Part shown: one piece after another, positions 26,601-38,111 of the stretch
Layout of the letters: each line of letters begins with the position of its first letter
Numbering within the stretch: the stretch's first letter is position 1
NCBI GenBank assembly: GCA_002633005.1
Contig: NMRA01000494.1
Location: 206,187 to 270,186 of the forward strand
DNA from: Phoronis australis
Lineage: Eukaryota; Animalia; Phoronida
Direction of reading: 5' to 3'
DNA: 64,000 nucleotides
The notes under the pieces: model-generated
What the model was told of the DNA's origin: nothing
Databases searched by the model: none
The model's input: only the letters and a program-made list of their open reading frames with translations
Position numbers and translations under genes: made by a program

Positions 26601-27442
26601 TCGTGTTTAACATAAACTTTAAACTTAACCGAAAAACCCCATATTGCCAACAGTGTAAGCATGAAACTCAATCTAAAATTAATCTGAACGCTCTCAGTGA
26701 ATTGCTGCCTGTCTAATTCTGCTGGGTGTTTATTTCGAGGCAGCATGAACTTGGTAACATAGAATTCAGGTTATTATGCCTTCAGAAGTAGAGGTAATGT
26801 ATCCGTGGTCCTAATTTTAACAACATCCTTTATCTATTGTGTTAACGTCTGATATGCGTTCACTAGTTCATGAACCCACCTTATGCTTCTTCCACCCAAC
26901 AACCTGTTCACATACTCTTGGTTCTCTGACGAATCAACACTAACCAGATAACCGCCATTTTGATTGCAGTCAAATTCAGCGGAAGACCATTGTTTCTGCA
27001 AAAAAGACACTCAATTCTGAGACGTCTGACGTTTGTCCTTTCAAAAACCTTGTTCAGTCAGCATGTTCTTTGAATAGCACTTGACTTAGGTCATTTATAA
27101 ACTGGGTACTAAGTAGTACAAGATCCCATGATTTTGAACAAGGTGTGGCTGATCAAACCTCAGGTCATAAAATGACCTGAAATTTGGTCTGTCTGATATC
27201 AATACTTCCCGACATAGAAGATGACTTCTAAACTAAGTAGAGATCAAGATAAAACCAAGTCGATGACTACAAAAGTGCTTAATGTTCTTTAGGTGGGAAT
27301 ATTTCATGATTCGTTCAGAACAACATACATGTAAAATAACTTTAATCTGTATTTTTGATGCTTCAGTTCAAAGAACCTACCGTGGATTGCTTTAGTATGT
27401 AGCATCTATCCTGCCATTTATTCCATCCTGTAGGACAATAAC
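926..27442 (-). CDS. Multi-exon mosaic extracellular protein gene (C-type lectin, MAM, Sushi/CCP, CUB, 3x Sushi, MAM); 5' end uncertain, 3' end not located (probably beyond the window start)
   Basis: At least 14 non-redundant GT-AG exons, listed separately. Phases chain correctly except for one MAM exon that I could not locate. Confidence 0.8.
1978..2163 (-). CDS. Exon: Sushi/CCP domain
   Basis: tcaccag|...G|gtaaga, 186 bp, phase 1-1; PDCGLLETPPFG...VRFACKFG...RTCQADGTWSGTPVTCV. Confidence 0.92.
3567..3830 (+). pseudogene. Degraded THAP zinc-finger ORF (DNA transposon remnant) inside an intron
   Basis: MMKRCVCGGCDKS, then after a frameshift FHFSRDIGKTWIRY; fits the THAP C-x4-C...FxFP...W pattern. 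Confidence 0.5.
4113..4286 (-). CDS. Exon: Sushi/CCP domain
   Basis: ttttcag|...G|gtgatt, 174 bp, phase 1-1; KSCPPLVTPENG...ASYQCNQYFLLNG...YCQSNATWTGRDPTCE. Confidence 0.92.
4535..4714 (-). CDS. Exon: Sushi/CCP domain
   Basis: gttatag|...T|gtacgt, 180 bp, phase 1-1; STCAVPVTPVHG...YECTSVGYELAG...ICEKSGNWSVPSASCV. Confidence 0.9.
6296..6434 (-). CDS. Exon: CUB domain C-terminal half (duplicate unit 1)
   Basis: cgtcag|ACC...G|gtaata, 139 bp, phase 0-1; LLERLSG...SIRLVWTTDSSKTDKGYLLNW. Confidence 0.8.
6810..6994 (-). CDS. Exon: CUB domain N-terminal half (duplicate unit 1)
   Basis: ttccag|...TAC|gtgagt, 185 bp, phase 1-0; NCPSS...GVLASPGYPDGYHNNARCSWTI...LSFTYFQTEFVHDNLEIY. Confidence 0.85.
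8531..8669 (-). CDS. Exon: CUB domain C-terminal half (duplicate unit 2)
   Basis: Same sequence and splice sites as 6296-6434. Confidence 0.8.
9045..9229 (-). CDS. Exon: CUB domain N-terminal half (duplicate unit 2)
   Basis: As 6810-6994 with two substitutions (one I/V, one synonymous); SPGYP and CxWxI CUB motifs. Confidence 0.85.
9678..9863 (-). CDS. Exon: Sushi/CCP domain
   Basis: ttttttcag|...G|gtatgg, 186 bp, phase 1-1; KTCAPPPTIRHG...VTYTCNHGLKLRG...FYCQRDGTW...LVCE. Not in the ORF track. Confidence 0.88.
10014..10210. repeat. Degenerate (GAT)n microsatellite
   Basis: gatgttgatgatggtgatg... run; explains the low-complexity ORFs at 9957-10221. Confidence 0.95.
10490..12026 (+). mobile_element. 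Internally deleted PIF/Harbinger-like DNA transposon
   Basis: TIRs GCCGATTTCATAAAAGTGGTT / AACCACCTTTATGAAATTGGC; subterminal aaaccagg/cctggttt-type repeats; decayed Myb/SANT-like ORF at ~10780-10905 (KGFSQEEK...LIIEK...VENNK...RKQQAW, internal stop). Confidence 0.72.
11144..11301. mobile_element. Short MITE (CAGGGGCGGATCC...CCGCCACTG) nested in the Harbinger element
   Basis: Imperfect TIRs flanked by a 5-bp direct repeat GGGCA. Confidence 0.6.
12515..12617 (-). CDS. Exon: MAM domain C-terminal part
   Basis: gcttttag|TTG...T|gtaagt, 103 bp, phase 0-1; LEFEAIKGASTRSNRATAVDNIRLIKQTSC (MAM xFEAxxG...AxDxI...C). Confidence 0.82.
14103..14261 (-). CDS. Exon: MAM domain middle part
   Basis: caacag|GTA...CGG|gtaaga, 159 bp, phase 0-0; VQFHRFMYSDDTLNVKL...SWYKETILV...GKFR. 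Confidence 0.8.
17400..18100 (+). pseudogene. Degraded C2C2 zinc-finger ORF, probable DNA-transposon gene N-terminus (AcademH/DUF6589-like by recollection)
   Basis: tttcag|ATG; MVNCNTPLKK..KTCIL*..., FICSIC, LDDLCK..KSVLR...KIVKEVEKRP, with stops and frameshifts; antisense within an intron. Confidence 0.35.
18679..18777. repeat. (TG)n microsatellite
   Basis: Imperfect TG run. Confidence 0.97.
19708..20016. mobile_element. MITE of the same type (CAAAGGCGGATT...GATCCGCCACTG)
   Basis: Imperfect TIRs flanked by a 5-bp direct repeat GAACA; G-rich and C-rich subtermini. Confidence 0.6.
23624..23664. repeat. (TA)n microsatellite
   Basis: Perfect TA run. Confidence 0.97.
24627..24740 (-). CDS. Exon: MAM domain N-terminal part
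   Basis: gtaatag|GA...G|gtaatt, 114 bp, phase 1-1; NCSFETGMCGYTLSQNHYYTWNRQYRG...TPSHAAEG. Confidence 0.85.
24770..24862. repeat. Short minisatellite (~20-bp unit acaatacagtatcacattca)
   Basis: About four degenerate copies. Confidence 0.7.
25516..25626 (-). CDS. Exon: C-type lectin C-terminal part
   Basis: ccacag|CG...A|gtgagt, 111 bp, phase 1-1; ENCAAIEVTSKMWFDRPCGDMHVYICEQK. Confidence 0.88.
26156..26280 (-). CDS. Exon: C-type lectin core
   Basis: attttag|G...A|gtaagc, 125 bp, phase 2-1; FVWIGLSDKTTEGAWRWSDKTQLNYTNWYDTQKQPNGNQ. Confidence 0.92.
26880..26995 (-). CDS. Exon: C-type lectin helix region
   Basis: ttttttgcag|AAA...AG|gtgggt, 116 bp, phase 0-2; KQWSSAEFDCNQNGGYLVSVDSSENQEYV. 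Confidence 0.9.
27381..27442 (-). CDS. Exon: C-type lectin N-terminus
   Basis: attccag|GT...ACG|gtaggt, 62 bp, phase 1-0; YCPTGWNKWQDRCYILKQST. Confidence 0.9.
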
Positions 27443-27965
27443 CTGGAATAAAGTTATATCAGCGGATATAGATTGCTTTGAAGGAAAATAATCACGCGTT
27501 TTAAGTGGAACATATTTCGTGCTAGCATATCATGCTATGACTAACTTTACCCGAAGTGGAGCTGTGTACATCAGGATTGCGGTCCCTAAAATCTTTTCAT
27601 ATCGCAATTTACAACCGTGATTGTCAACTAGCTGTTGACGTCATTATACGTATTTTAAAATAATTGTCAATTGCTTTGGAGTTTAGGCACAAAGCCAAAG
27701 ATTTGATTTCTTGCATAAGTTGCTTGAACTGTTTCCATATTTTTAGGTTAAAGCGAATGATTCAAAATAATGTATATGGTATCGGATAATCATAGTCCTG
27801 CACCACATAACCAGAGTCCTGTACCACATCACCTTACATTTTTTACCATTGAACCCTTATAGATTTTGGTAGGATTCATAACTTAAACAGCACAAAATCA
27901 TGCGTACGATCCACAGAAATGTATATGTTCCAATAAATATCATATTAATAATAAGAAGTTCATAC

Positions 27966-28076
27966 TTGTACATCTAAAGAACAAATTTCGCGTGTCGATT
28001 TCTGTCGATTGTATAAGCACCTTGTTTACTTCGTACTGCGATGTTACCGTTAGCATTGCAGATTTCACGACAGATT
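27966..28076 (-). CDS. Candidate upstream exon of the mosaic gene
   Basis: ttttgtctag|AA...A|gtatga, 111 bp, phase 1-1, open in both duplicate copies; no recognisable domain. Confidence 0.3.
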
Positions 28077-29958
28077 CTAGACAAAATCTCCACAAGTCAT
28101 GAGTGGGACTGCACGCAGTTTGTTGAAATTGTGACAACTTGCCGTTGCCTTAAAACTCCTTTTAAATATATGACATGCGCCAGAGCAAAAAATAGACTCA
28201 AAACAGAAATGTTACACAAGCCAGTGATTTAGGACATGTCGTAACCAGCTAGAACTCACATAGGTACAGTAAATAGCACAAAGTTCACAGATTTAAATCT
28301 TTTTCCCTAAGATTTGTGTGTATACAGTATCCATTGTTATAGAGTACAGTGTACTGCATTGTAAAAACATTTGACCTCGACCATAGAGACCCTTGTGACT
28401 CTCACTAGCATGCAACATGCTCTGTTCCCTATAGGGGGGTAGAGGTTGGGCCAAAACACCGCTTGCGCATGCGTTCTTGAAATTAAGTAAATGAATACTA
28501 TAGAACTCCACTGTACATTGACAGATAGACAAACACAAGAATATTGATAAAATAAAAGGCATTGGCACTCTCGCGTGTCGTAAAATCGATGCGTACCACG
28601 CTTTCAATATCACTGATTCACTGCAAGCTCTGCCTTTTCACCCAGAATCCAGAAAGTGTCACGCATTTACAACTTTCCGCTCTGTAAGCTGTTGTTGATA
28701 CTAGATAGATGTAACCACTTATCTCGTACATGAGTCAATATCCACGAAATTTCTAACTCAAAAATAATTTGAATGTTTTCTGAAATGACATCGTCTACAT
28801 AAACTGATGCCTTTTAGCTGAAAAGAGACAGGCAATCATAACAATGGGGCTATTCGGAAAATCTACAATCACTAGATGGCGTGCGTGTACTAGTGGTGAT
28901 AGATTAACAGCCTCGATATCGCGAGCCCTTTAAATACATGGTGAAATGGCTTGCGGTCGTGCCAACTGAATCTGAGATTGCGTAAAAAGGGTGCTTCTAT
29001 GAGAGGAAGTAAGCACGACCTCATACAAAGGTAAGGTTTGTGATTATTTTTACGATTATTCCATGATTATTCTACCGATGCCTGTTAACTGAGGCACTCG
29101 CCGATGTCGACTTCGCGGCAGTCAGTGGCCAGCCAGAGTCTGGTTAATCTTATATGTTGTGATATGTGATACGATACTTGACGTAGCAATCGGGATCTTT
29201 CGTACATCAAAGTATTATTATTGTTTGGAATGATTTCTAAAAGTTTATCAGTGATAGTTACATCAATCAATGCTGAATGTTTATGCTGTCAACTCGATAC
29301 AGGTTAATGAGTTAAGATTACAATCCAATGCCAATGGTAAAGGGTACGTGAGTGATAAATATCCATTGCATTAGACTATTTGTTTACTCCCTATCATATG
29401 TCTTCTGGCAATCTGTTACACGTTGAAATGGAAATCTATCACGTCAGTTTTCACGTAACCTTTGGTTTTTAGGTTTGAAGGCTTGTACCGTGCAGAGGAG
29501 ATATGCTGTTTTGCTAGTTGTATCAATTGTAAAACCACGAAAATATATTACATTTTCCGAATTCACAGTGACTGAATAGTCTTAACTCATGCCTTGAATT
29601 GTTGCAAGTCGTTATAAATTCAAATGACTGCCATTTTTGTGAAAATTGCATTTTTGGTGGTGCCTTACGATTTGTAATTACTCTTAAACAACAGAAAGAT
29701 TATCCATCCTTTTTAAATGACCCAAGTCTTCATATCTTCTATTAGAAGAAAAACGGTTCCCTCAACCTTAGGCTAGAAGTATGCTTGACAGACCTATGAA
29801 CCTGTAATCTGAGTTTAAAATTGCTGAAAGTATCAAAATTAAAAAGGCTTGAAAATGGGTAACAAAGGTTTGAAGTTGTCTCAAAAAACTTGTACATTTT
29901 ACAGACAAGTGATGCGTTTAAAGAATTGTTATGGCTAGGGATAAAAAATAAAGACACA

Positions 29959-30605
29959 NNNNNNNNNNNNNNNNNNNNNNNNNNNNNNNNNNNNNNNNNN
30001 NNNNNNNNNNNNNNNNNNNNNNNNNNNNNNNNNNNNNNNNNNNNNNNNNNNNNNNNNNNNNNNNNNNNNNNNNNNNNNNNNNNNNNNNNNNNNNNNNNNN
30101 NNNNNNNNNNNNNNNNNNNNNNNNNNNNNNNNNNNNNNNNNNNNNNNNNNNNNNNNNNNNNNNNNNNNNNNNNNNNNNNNNNNNNNNNNNNNNNNNNNNN
30201 NNNNNNNNNNNNNNNNNNNNNNNNNNNNNNNNNNNNNNNNNNNNNNNNNNNNNNNNNNNNNNNNNNNNNNNNNNNNNNNNNNNNNNNNNNNNNNNNNNNN
30301 NNNNNNNNNNNNNNNNNNNNNNNNNNNNNNNNNNNNNNNNNNNNNNNNNNNNNNNNNNNNNNNNNNNNNNNNNNNNNNNNNNNNNNNNNNNNNNNNNNNN
30401 NNNNNNNNNNNNNNNNNNNNNNNNNNNNNNNNNNNNNNNNNNNNNNNNNNNNNNNNNNNNNNNNNNNNNNNNNNNNNNNNNNNNNNNNNNNNNNNNNNNN
30501 NNNNNNNNNNNNNNNNNNNNNNNNNNNNNNNNNNNNNNNNNNNNNNNNNNNNNNNNNNNNNNNNNNNNNNNNNNNNNNNNNNNNNNNNNNNNNNNNNNNN
30601 NNNNN
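29959..30605. other. Assembly gap (N run)
   Basis: Run of n. Confidence 1.
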
Positions 30606-33600
30606 GAAACTCACTCATCTAGAGAATTTTATTGGAAACTGCAGAGTTTTGAAGAGAAACTGCTGTGAAAAAGTCACTCTTGACTTCTGTGCATCACGTA
30701 CCATACACCTCTTATTTTGGGAGCACTCCCACCCAGGACAATATGAATATGTGCTGCTAGCCTACCCGGGATCGGGTGAGTTTCCAAAAAGAAACACTTA
30801 GTTTCATTTAATAAAACTGTTATTCAGTGGGATAACTGGTGAGGATAACATCACCGAACGATGTTGATAGAAACTGATTGCTAAAAACTTACCAAGTAAT
30901 GTTGTGTAGTCTCCGAATGGAACTGCATAGTCATAGACATAGAGCACACACGGGGCTTCAGCATCCACACACTTTTTGTCAGATAGTTGACCCTGTTGAC
31001 CGCAATTGTCCACGAATATAGTAACCTTTGGTCTTTTGGGAATTTGTGGCCACCTGTCGAAGACTTGCACCAGGGAAATTAGCAGTAATAAGGCTTAGCG
31101 CGACGACGTATTTTGATAAAAATTCCATCTTTTACCAGTTGTTTATATGCAGACAGCCACGCATGCGCAATTCAATCACCACTAGTACAGCAGCGACACC
31201 GCGAGAAGAATTCTCCGAATAGCCCCATTGAACAATATCAATATCATGGCCATATTATATCGTTTGATCTGAATATTAGTTATGCAAAAACCTACTGAAG
31301 TTATTGTTTGTTTTCAGTTTTATACGACGCTTCATTAAAGTAATACGCTATATAAATAATTGCTACTTTGTCAAAGTGTGCATCTTTAAGCAGTACATGG
31401 TGTACTGAATGACGTCACTGAATATTCCATGCGCATATAGTAAACAACTTGTGACATTTAATGTTCCAAGTTTTGGCATGTAGTGAACTCCAAAATCTGG
31501 CTGTCTACCTTCTGCAAGTGCTTTTCGGCTTGATTGTAATCCCACAATCCTCTGTGTAAATGACGTCACTCCCTACCATAAACAGATCAATTGCTCACGT
31601 TTGCTTACCGACTATGTCATCAGCTTGTCTTTTTGAAATAGGTTTGCCCTGACAGATCTGGAAACAGAAGTGATTGCAGTCTGCCATCAGAGATTTTGAT
31701 TAAAATTGGTTTTAATTAACATTAATGATTTCAATTAAAATGGTCCAACAAGACAACTTGACTTCTTACAAAATATTAAATTTACGTTTATTAAATTATT
31801 TGTTCTATGGGCGGATGCACAACTTTCCCTTTGCGAACCTGTAAAAGATGTCTGATTTGGACGTTTGCCAAGAAATTTCTGTCTTCGTTGAAACACGAAA
31901 CCTTCAAAACGGCGTTGGAATTTGATATACTACGTTAACGTTATGTATAATTCTACGACAAAACTCCAAACATTCTTTTGAAAATGGAATACAACAAAAC
32001 CTTAAAATGAGGCGATTAAACGTGCATATTTAGATACATGTCAATCTAATTCACATTTTAGTGCAATGCCGCTTGAATTAACCATGCGTTAGGTTAGTTG
32101 ATTCAACTGCCGAGCTGCATATTGAAAACAGTTTGTTATAAACATGTCGCTGGGAGCACAGGTCTCTCGACATTAAACGGTGAAAGTTGGAACGATGCCT
32201 CAGTCTAGAATAAATTTGTTTACTATTGTCAACAAAATCAAAAAGACGAACAGTATTTAACCCTTACCGACACACACAAATGAACGACGCATGCATTGTA
32301 CTTACACAAATTGCAGCCAAGAAAACGAGTGTCACCGCGGTATTCATGACATTAGCAATTTCGAAGAAAAAGATATGCCTACGTGTACATGTATTTGCTC
32401 TACACGTTTGAGCGGAGAAGTCCAGTCTGGCGATAACTTATCATGTTTGCTTCTCTTATTTAGGCTATTTTAGTGATGGACGAAAGTTCGTTCAGATAAA
32501 ATGCGCAGTTTTCTACGTGGAATATGCACTTAAAGCAACATAGGCCTGATTTTTTGTAAAAGCATACTCGACTAAACTCATACTCTGTAGGGTCATAATA
32601 CGTACACATGCATTAACCCTTTCTTGCTTTTTTACTCGTTGTCTTTATTTCTTGGTGCAGTAACATTTAGAAACAGAATGTGATCCACTGCTTGTCTGTT
32701 TGACTTTTCTTTGTGCAGTAACTATACATCCGACAGACTCTGCTGCACCGTTAATGCCTACATGTATGGTCAAACTCGCTTTTAATCTCTGTTTTTAAAA
32801 CTTTGTATATGTGGTTATGATTATTTGCGTATTATTTCTCAGAATTCATTTGTGCAAATTTCTGTGGTGGTGGATTTTTTAATTCGATTCCTGATCAGTA
32901 ATGCCATTTGTACCATACATGTATAACTAAACCCGTGAAATGAAATTTGAAAACGAAGGTAAGTTTACCTGGTAACCCATTTCAATACTTTATGTTGCTG
33001 ACTGCGTATAGACTACTCGTAGATTGTCCCGGGCTTGGAGAACTGTCCCACTTTTTGATATTTTTATCGCCTCCGCTCACTCAGGCAAAATTCCCCGCTA
33101 TTTGACGAACAAAGAAATTGATACATTACCGTATGCTATTACAATCGTCCATGTGACGTAGTCATAATTTCCGTTCGATTAAAAGACTGGGCGTTTCAGG
33201 AGTTTCTGCTTCACTAGCTGTTTCCAGTTCCATTGAGATACGTAAATGTGTATCAATTTGATCGTATGCTGGATTTTGTCTGGGGAAGGAGACTGAAACG
33301 GGCAGTAAGCTACTTGTTCTTTCCAGGTAATGAATTCCTGCTGTTACCGAACATGGATGTCTACTTCAGGAAGCTTAGTTAAAGGAAAGAGAAATATGTA
33401 CACATAATGATGACTCTCGGGTGTACAATCGTGTTCCAAGTATGAAACGGAATTCGAAAAACGAGAAATGAGGATGCCGTAACGGTTGCTCGCAAAGAAC
33501 GGGATTCAAAATTGGAGGTATATTTAATGTGGTCCAGAAAGGGAACGTTCTCGCGTTACTTCAGTCCTGCCAAACTTTAAAATCAGGCGTTCTTTAATAA

Positions 33601-36600
33601 GTAAATACACCTCATTAGTTCATACTCGGAGGGAAAGATTGAGTCAGAGAACGATTTGGAGAAATATTTTGCCTGTTTGCAGTTTTGCGGGTTACTTAAC
33701 AAGCCTACTATCCCAAAGGTTCCGCGCTAACTCCTAACGTTCATTATTCCAAAGGTTGGCTATTTCGAAGTTTCACTAATCCGATGGTTCACTACACTGA
33801 AAACACATAAATTTACGGATTCAGGTGTAATTCAGTTAAATACCGTTACATGGAAAAATAACGACACATAGGTTATTAGGTGCACTGAGTTGTTTATATA
33901 TACCGGAAACCTCACCCGGATAATAAAACACTTTGTATGAATTTCGTGCGCATGTGAAATTTCCTGCAAGACTTACGAATACGGGAAAATGAGTACGTAC
34001 AGCAATTCCATTTTCTCAAAATTACGAATTAGGAATCTGATAGATGAGTTATCAACCACGACAGAATCGACAAATCCATGTCACGATTGGATATATTTAC
34101 AGCGCAACTGAAAATTTAAATGCCACTGCGCCTCAGCCCACCCAACATAACTACTGTTCAAGTATGTGCACGGTATGTTCGAAGCTAAATGTGGTTTAGT
34201 AGTTCAGTCCCTGACAGTACTCGTCTTCTTCCACAGTTTCTGAGAAAGGTATGTTTTGTTAAGTACCTTGTGGATTGTTAAAATACATTCCTGACCTGGG
34301 AGGTGTTGAGAGAGATATACTCGTGTTATAAAGGTGAAAACTGGGCCTTCCGGGTCAAAGTTTATATTAAGAGTCGCTGCATGAGAACTTCAGGCAACTT
34401 GCAATATTCTGGGAACATGGCATGTCACGAATTTTTAATTTGATATAGTATACACATCACTTGGGGTGAATTATACCCGTGTCTTTGTTTATATATAACG
34501 AATATCTCCATCGAGTGAGAAATTGGCCGTAACCTGATGTACGGAGCTGCTGAAAAGGGCCTATGTTTCAATCGTAATTAAACCGCTTTGCTGGGGTTTA
34601 AAAAATCAAAACATGATTGTGTGATGCACTTCTATCCCTTCTGAAATTGAGAATGACAAAAATAATTCAGAATGACGTATTTTGGTAATTTTAAAGAAGT
34701 TTTGAATTCCTTGCCTCCACGTGACAGAAACAGCTCTCCACTTGGACCTACTTAAAGGCCTATGTAATTCAAGCGCACAAAAACGCCCACGATCCACACA
34801 TACCTCCTGTGCAAGCTACACCTCTTGTCTTCGATACGATATCTTTATTTCCGTGGGCATCCCCTTTTTTACTTCTGTAATTTACACTTTAAGGAAGGCA
34901 CTTTCACCACTTTCACATGTTTCATATTGCCACAAATAGAGGGCGGCAAAGCAGAAATATGAAAAATATAATCCAAATTGGAAGTGAGTTGTCATGAAAA
35001 GATGACAAAAACTTTATTCAGCATAACAAGAATTGGTTCGAGCGTTTTCTTAGCGAAACTTTGGATTATTGACATTTAGCAAAGAAACGGAATGAGGTTC
35101 ACAAACATAGGTGACGATCTGAAGTAAAATGGCGGTGGCTTACGAGCCGCCGATTCATTGCTCGTTCTTTGAAGCCTCTTCGCCTTATTCTACGACTGTT
35201 TCTATAGATGTGAATATTGATAACGAAGTTCTACCTGCATCAGAGATATTGTGAATTACTTAAAAATCGTCAACGCACCTGATCACTTGAAAGAATGGGA
35301 GCTGATTGGCAATCGGTCACGAATGGGCGTGTGGGAGACAAAAGAACTGGCCAGCCTTTTATAACAAAAGATCATATGTCCCAAGAATCGTATGCTGTTT
35401 ACTGACTCGTTTAAGCAAAAATTTCCAGTATCCAGAACATCTCGGGAAAATAAAAAGACCACGAAATCCCACGTATGCCGACCTATTAACCATGTCATAG
35501 CTAGAGACGCGTTTAGGCTCTATGGTGTACACATTACCTTTGGCTCTGGTAAGACAATAGCAAACCCTTATTGGCTGATAAAAACATGTCATAATTGTTC
35601 GCACTGCAGTAAATTGCCTGGGTTATTGTTTCAATATATATAATATTAAGAATGCATTGTCCACGAGTTCATGGCCTTTGACATTAGTGCCACATGCCCC
35701 CTCGGAATTGCCACGTCTCTGGTCTGGAGCATAACGCAGGACTGCCTTGAGAAAAGTGCCGGCGTTCTGTTTTGTGGGTTCTACTGTTGTTAGGCACCAA
35801 TGAAGAAAATTTTTCTGACATTGGGGCTTGAACGTAGGTTGCATATGTGAGCCGAGCGTCTAAACCATTCACCGAGGTGCATCAGGGCTCTCTCGTATGA
35901 GGGTTTATTACAGATGTTCAGCCTACTCAGCTGACTAGTTTGTTTCAGAAGACACTGAAAAACATAGCATTATTTGTAGTTGGTTAGATTATCACATCCT
36001 TAGCTAGTGTTGAATATGTTGTTACTGTCTTGGGTGTTGTTATGTGATTGGAAATTTCTTAGGTACCCATTTTCTATCAACTGGGGTATTATTATGGACT
36101 AACTCCCGTGTCCGTTTTTTGTAGAACACACATTGTGGTAGTAGCTGTGCAGTCTGGTCGGATTCTGCAATAAATCACTAGCTCATATATCTAATTCTCT
36201 TATGGTGGATATAAATTCAGTTCTTGACTGAAAATTAGTTTTCAGTTGCCATTACACTTCAATGGAATTTTGCCCATGTGCTTGTAGCAGTTTGTTTAAT
36301 ATAAATGAATGACTAGAATTTATATGAGGTTCTGTACAGAAATGTATGCTTTTTGTTCTGATGACTGCATGGATTAAACTATCCTTAATGTGCCATATTA
36401 AGGTCTAGTTCCAACTCGGATATTATAAATTCAATCATTTGTTTGTTTTTAGGCATTTGTAGTTCCTGTCGCAGGACATACTAGTCAACTGTAAGAGAGA
36501 TGAATCCTCCTCCAGAAGAAGTACTGATTGTTGACGACCATGGTGAAGGCACGTCAATGACTTCTGCTGCCGCTGCAAGGCCTGGGAGTTTGATCAGAAT

Positions 36601-36795
36601 GCGCCTTTTGTATCGGGTGTCTAACTGGCTTATTGTAGACTTACTTTCGGTGAACATTGGTTTGGTGCACACGTATCATCCATTGACTTGGTCGTTGTTT
36701 TTTAGCTAAAGTGGTGTTTAATTTTCCCTAGAAATGGAATATAAATGCTGGTTTCTCAGGTAAAGACAATGTACATATTATTATCTGCCTTGCTC

Positions 36796-37658
36796 TGTAA
36801 CGTTGAACACAATTGTTTCTTTTGAGCGGTACTGCAAGTTTGTAATAACTGGCATCCTTCAGGAATGCTTACTGAAGGACTATCAGAATATGGTCTGGCA
36901 GTATTTTTAGTTGTATTGTTTTGTTTTGTTATTCTGTTTGATTGGCATGACCCCTGAGTTAAATACAGTGATGATGTAATTTGTTTACTAGAAAACAGTG
37001 TGGAACTTTCTAAAAGACTGAGGTCACAACAGTGATGATGTGATTTAGTTACTGCAGTACAGTGTGGAACTTTCTAGAAGACTCTAGCATGACAGTGATT
37101 AATGCAGTCTGGAAATTTCTAGAGACTACTACATGTTTGTAGAATGGTTGTGTAGATTCAGGAAAGCTCTAGAATGTGCTTGAATTGATATGAAGTTCCA
37201 GAACAATACATTAGGCTATAACACAAGCACGGGTTTTATGTTAGTCAGAACAAGTCAGTTCAAGAAAGATCAAGTCAGTTAATCGGTGAGTTCAAGAAAG
37301 TTAATCAGGAGGACTACAGTTGAGTTGCAGTGAAGAGAATCAGCAGTTAGAGCGTTAGTCAATAGATATCCAGCTACAGGTATAGAGACAGCAGGTCACT
37401 CAATGGACGAGTGTAACAGTTGCTGAACATGTCTCAGAAGTTCATCACAAGTCAAGGCTTCGCAGAATTGGCTGGAGCATAAACAGACATTACGTCGGAC
37501 GTTTTGTTTGAGTAGGCTTGTGAACGTACGGTCGGATTAATAAAGGATTAACTCGAACCATTCTTCAGTCAATCGTCGCACCGAAAGCTATTAGCACCGG
37601 TCTGTAACAACCTGCGCCCACCCACACACGGGGGAAAACGTGAAAAGGACACTGTCAC
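36796..37658 (+). mobile_element. Solo-LTR-like sequence with clustered heat-shock elements (boundaries approximate)
   Basis: TGTAAC start; short internal tandem repeat (36965/37029); nGAAn arrays at 37066-37204; TATA-like ctataa ~37215; AATAAA 37539; tgtcac end. No TSD found. Confidence 0.45.
37066..37204. promoter_or_regulatory. Heat-shock element (HSF site) cluster
   Basis: gGAAc-tTTCt-aGAAg (37066-37080, perfect); gGAAa-tTTCt-aGAGa (37111); aTTCa-gGAAa-gCTCt-aGAAt-gTGCt-tGAAt (37156-37185); gTTCc-aGAAc (37195). Confidence 0.55.
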
Positions 37659-38111
37659 GAACGTTCCGCAAAATTCACGTGTTCGTACTGGAAGTTGCCA
37701 GAGGCAAACATGTTCTAGTAACGTTAACTGCCTCCCACCATACTGAAAATGTGATCTGCACCTTAGATCTGATTGATGTATGCTGACTAGATGTAGCCCG
37801 TTTTATATTAAATTGAGGACCACAGTGAGGCAAGTTCTTTTATTTGGAAATTATTTCAATTATGTGTCGACACCATGGTGTAGAGAAGTTGTCCCAGTAC
37901 ATTTGAATAAGATTCTTCCTTTAGTTCCGAACCGGTTACGAAGGTAGAGTACACTGTACATCTATTCGTAGGCTTGTATTGTAAATCACTTGTAATATAG
38001 CCTTATCATTATGCAACCAAAATCACAAGAACATATCTGTGTCTTTGTATTTGCTGGAATCAGGTGTTTGCTGCAGTTCTGGGAAATGCAGAAACCTCTG
38101 TTTGACATTAC

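Noticed and set aside
29742-30801. Long ORFs of 227-303 aa
   Set aside because: Artefacts of the N gap
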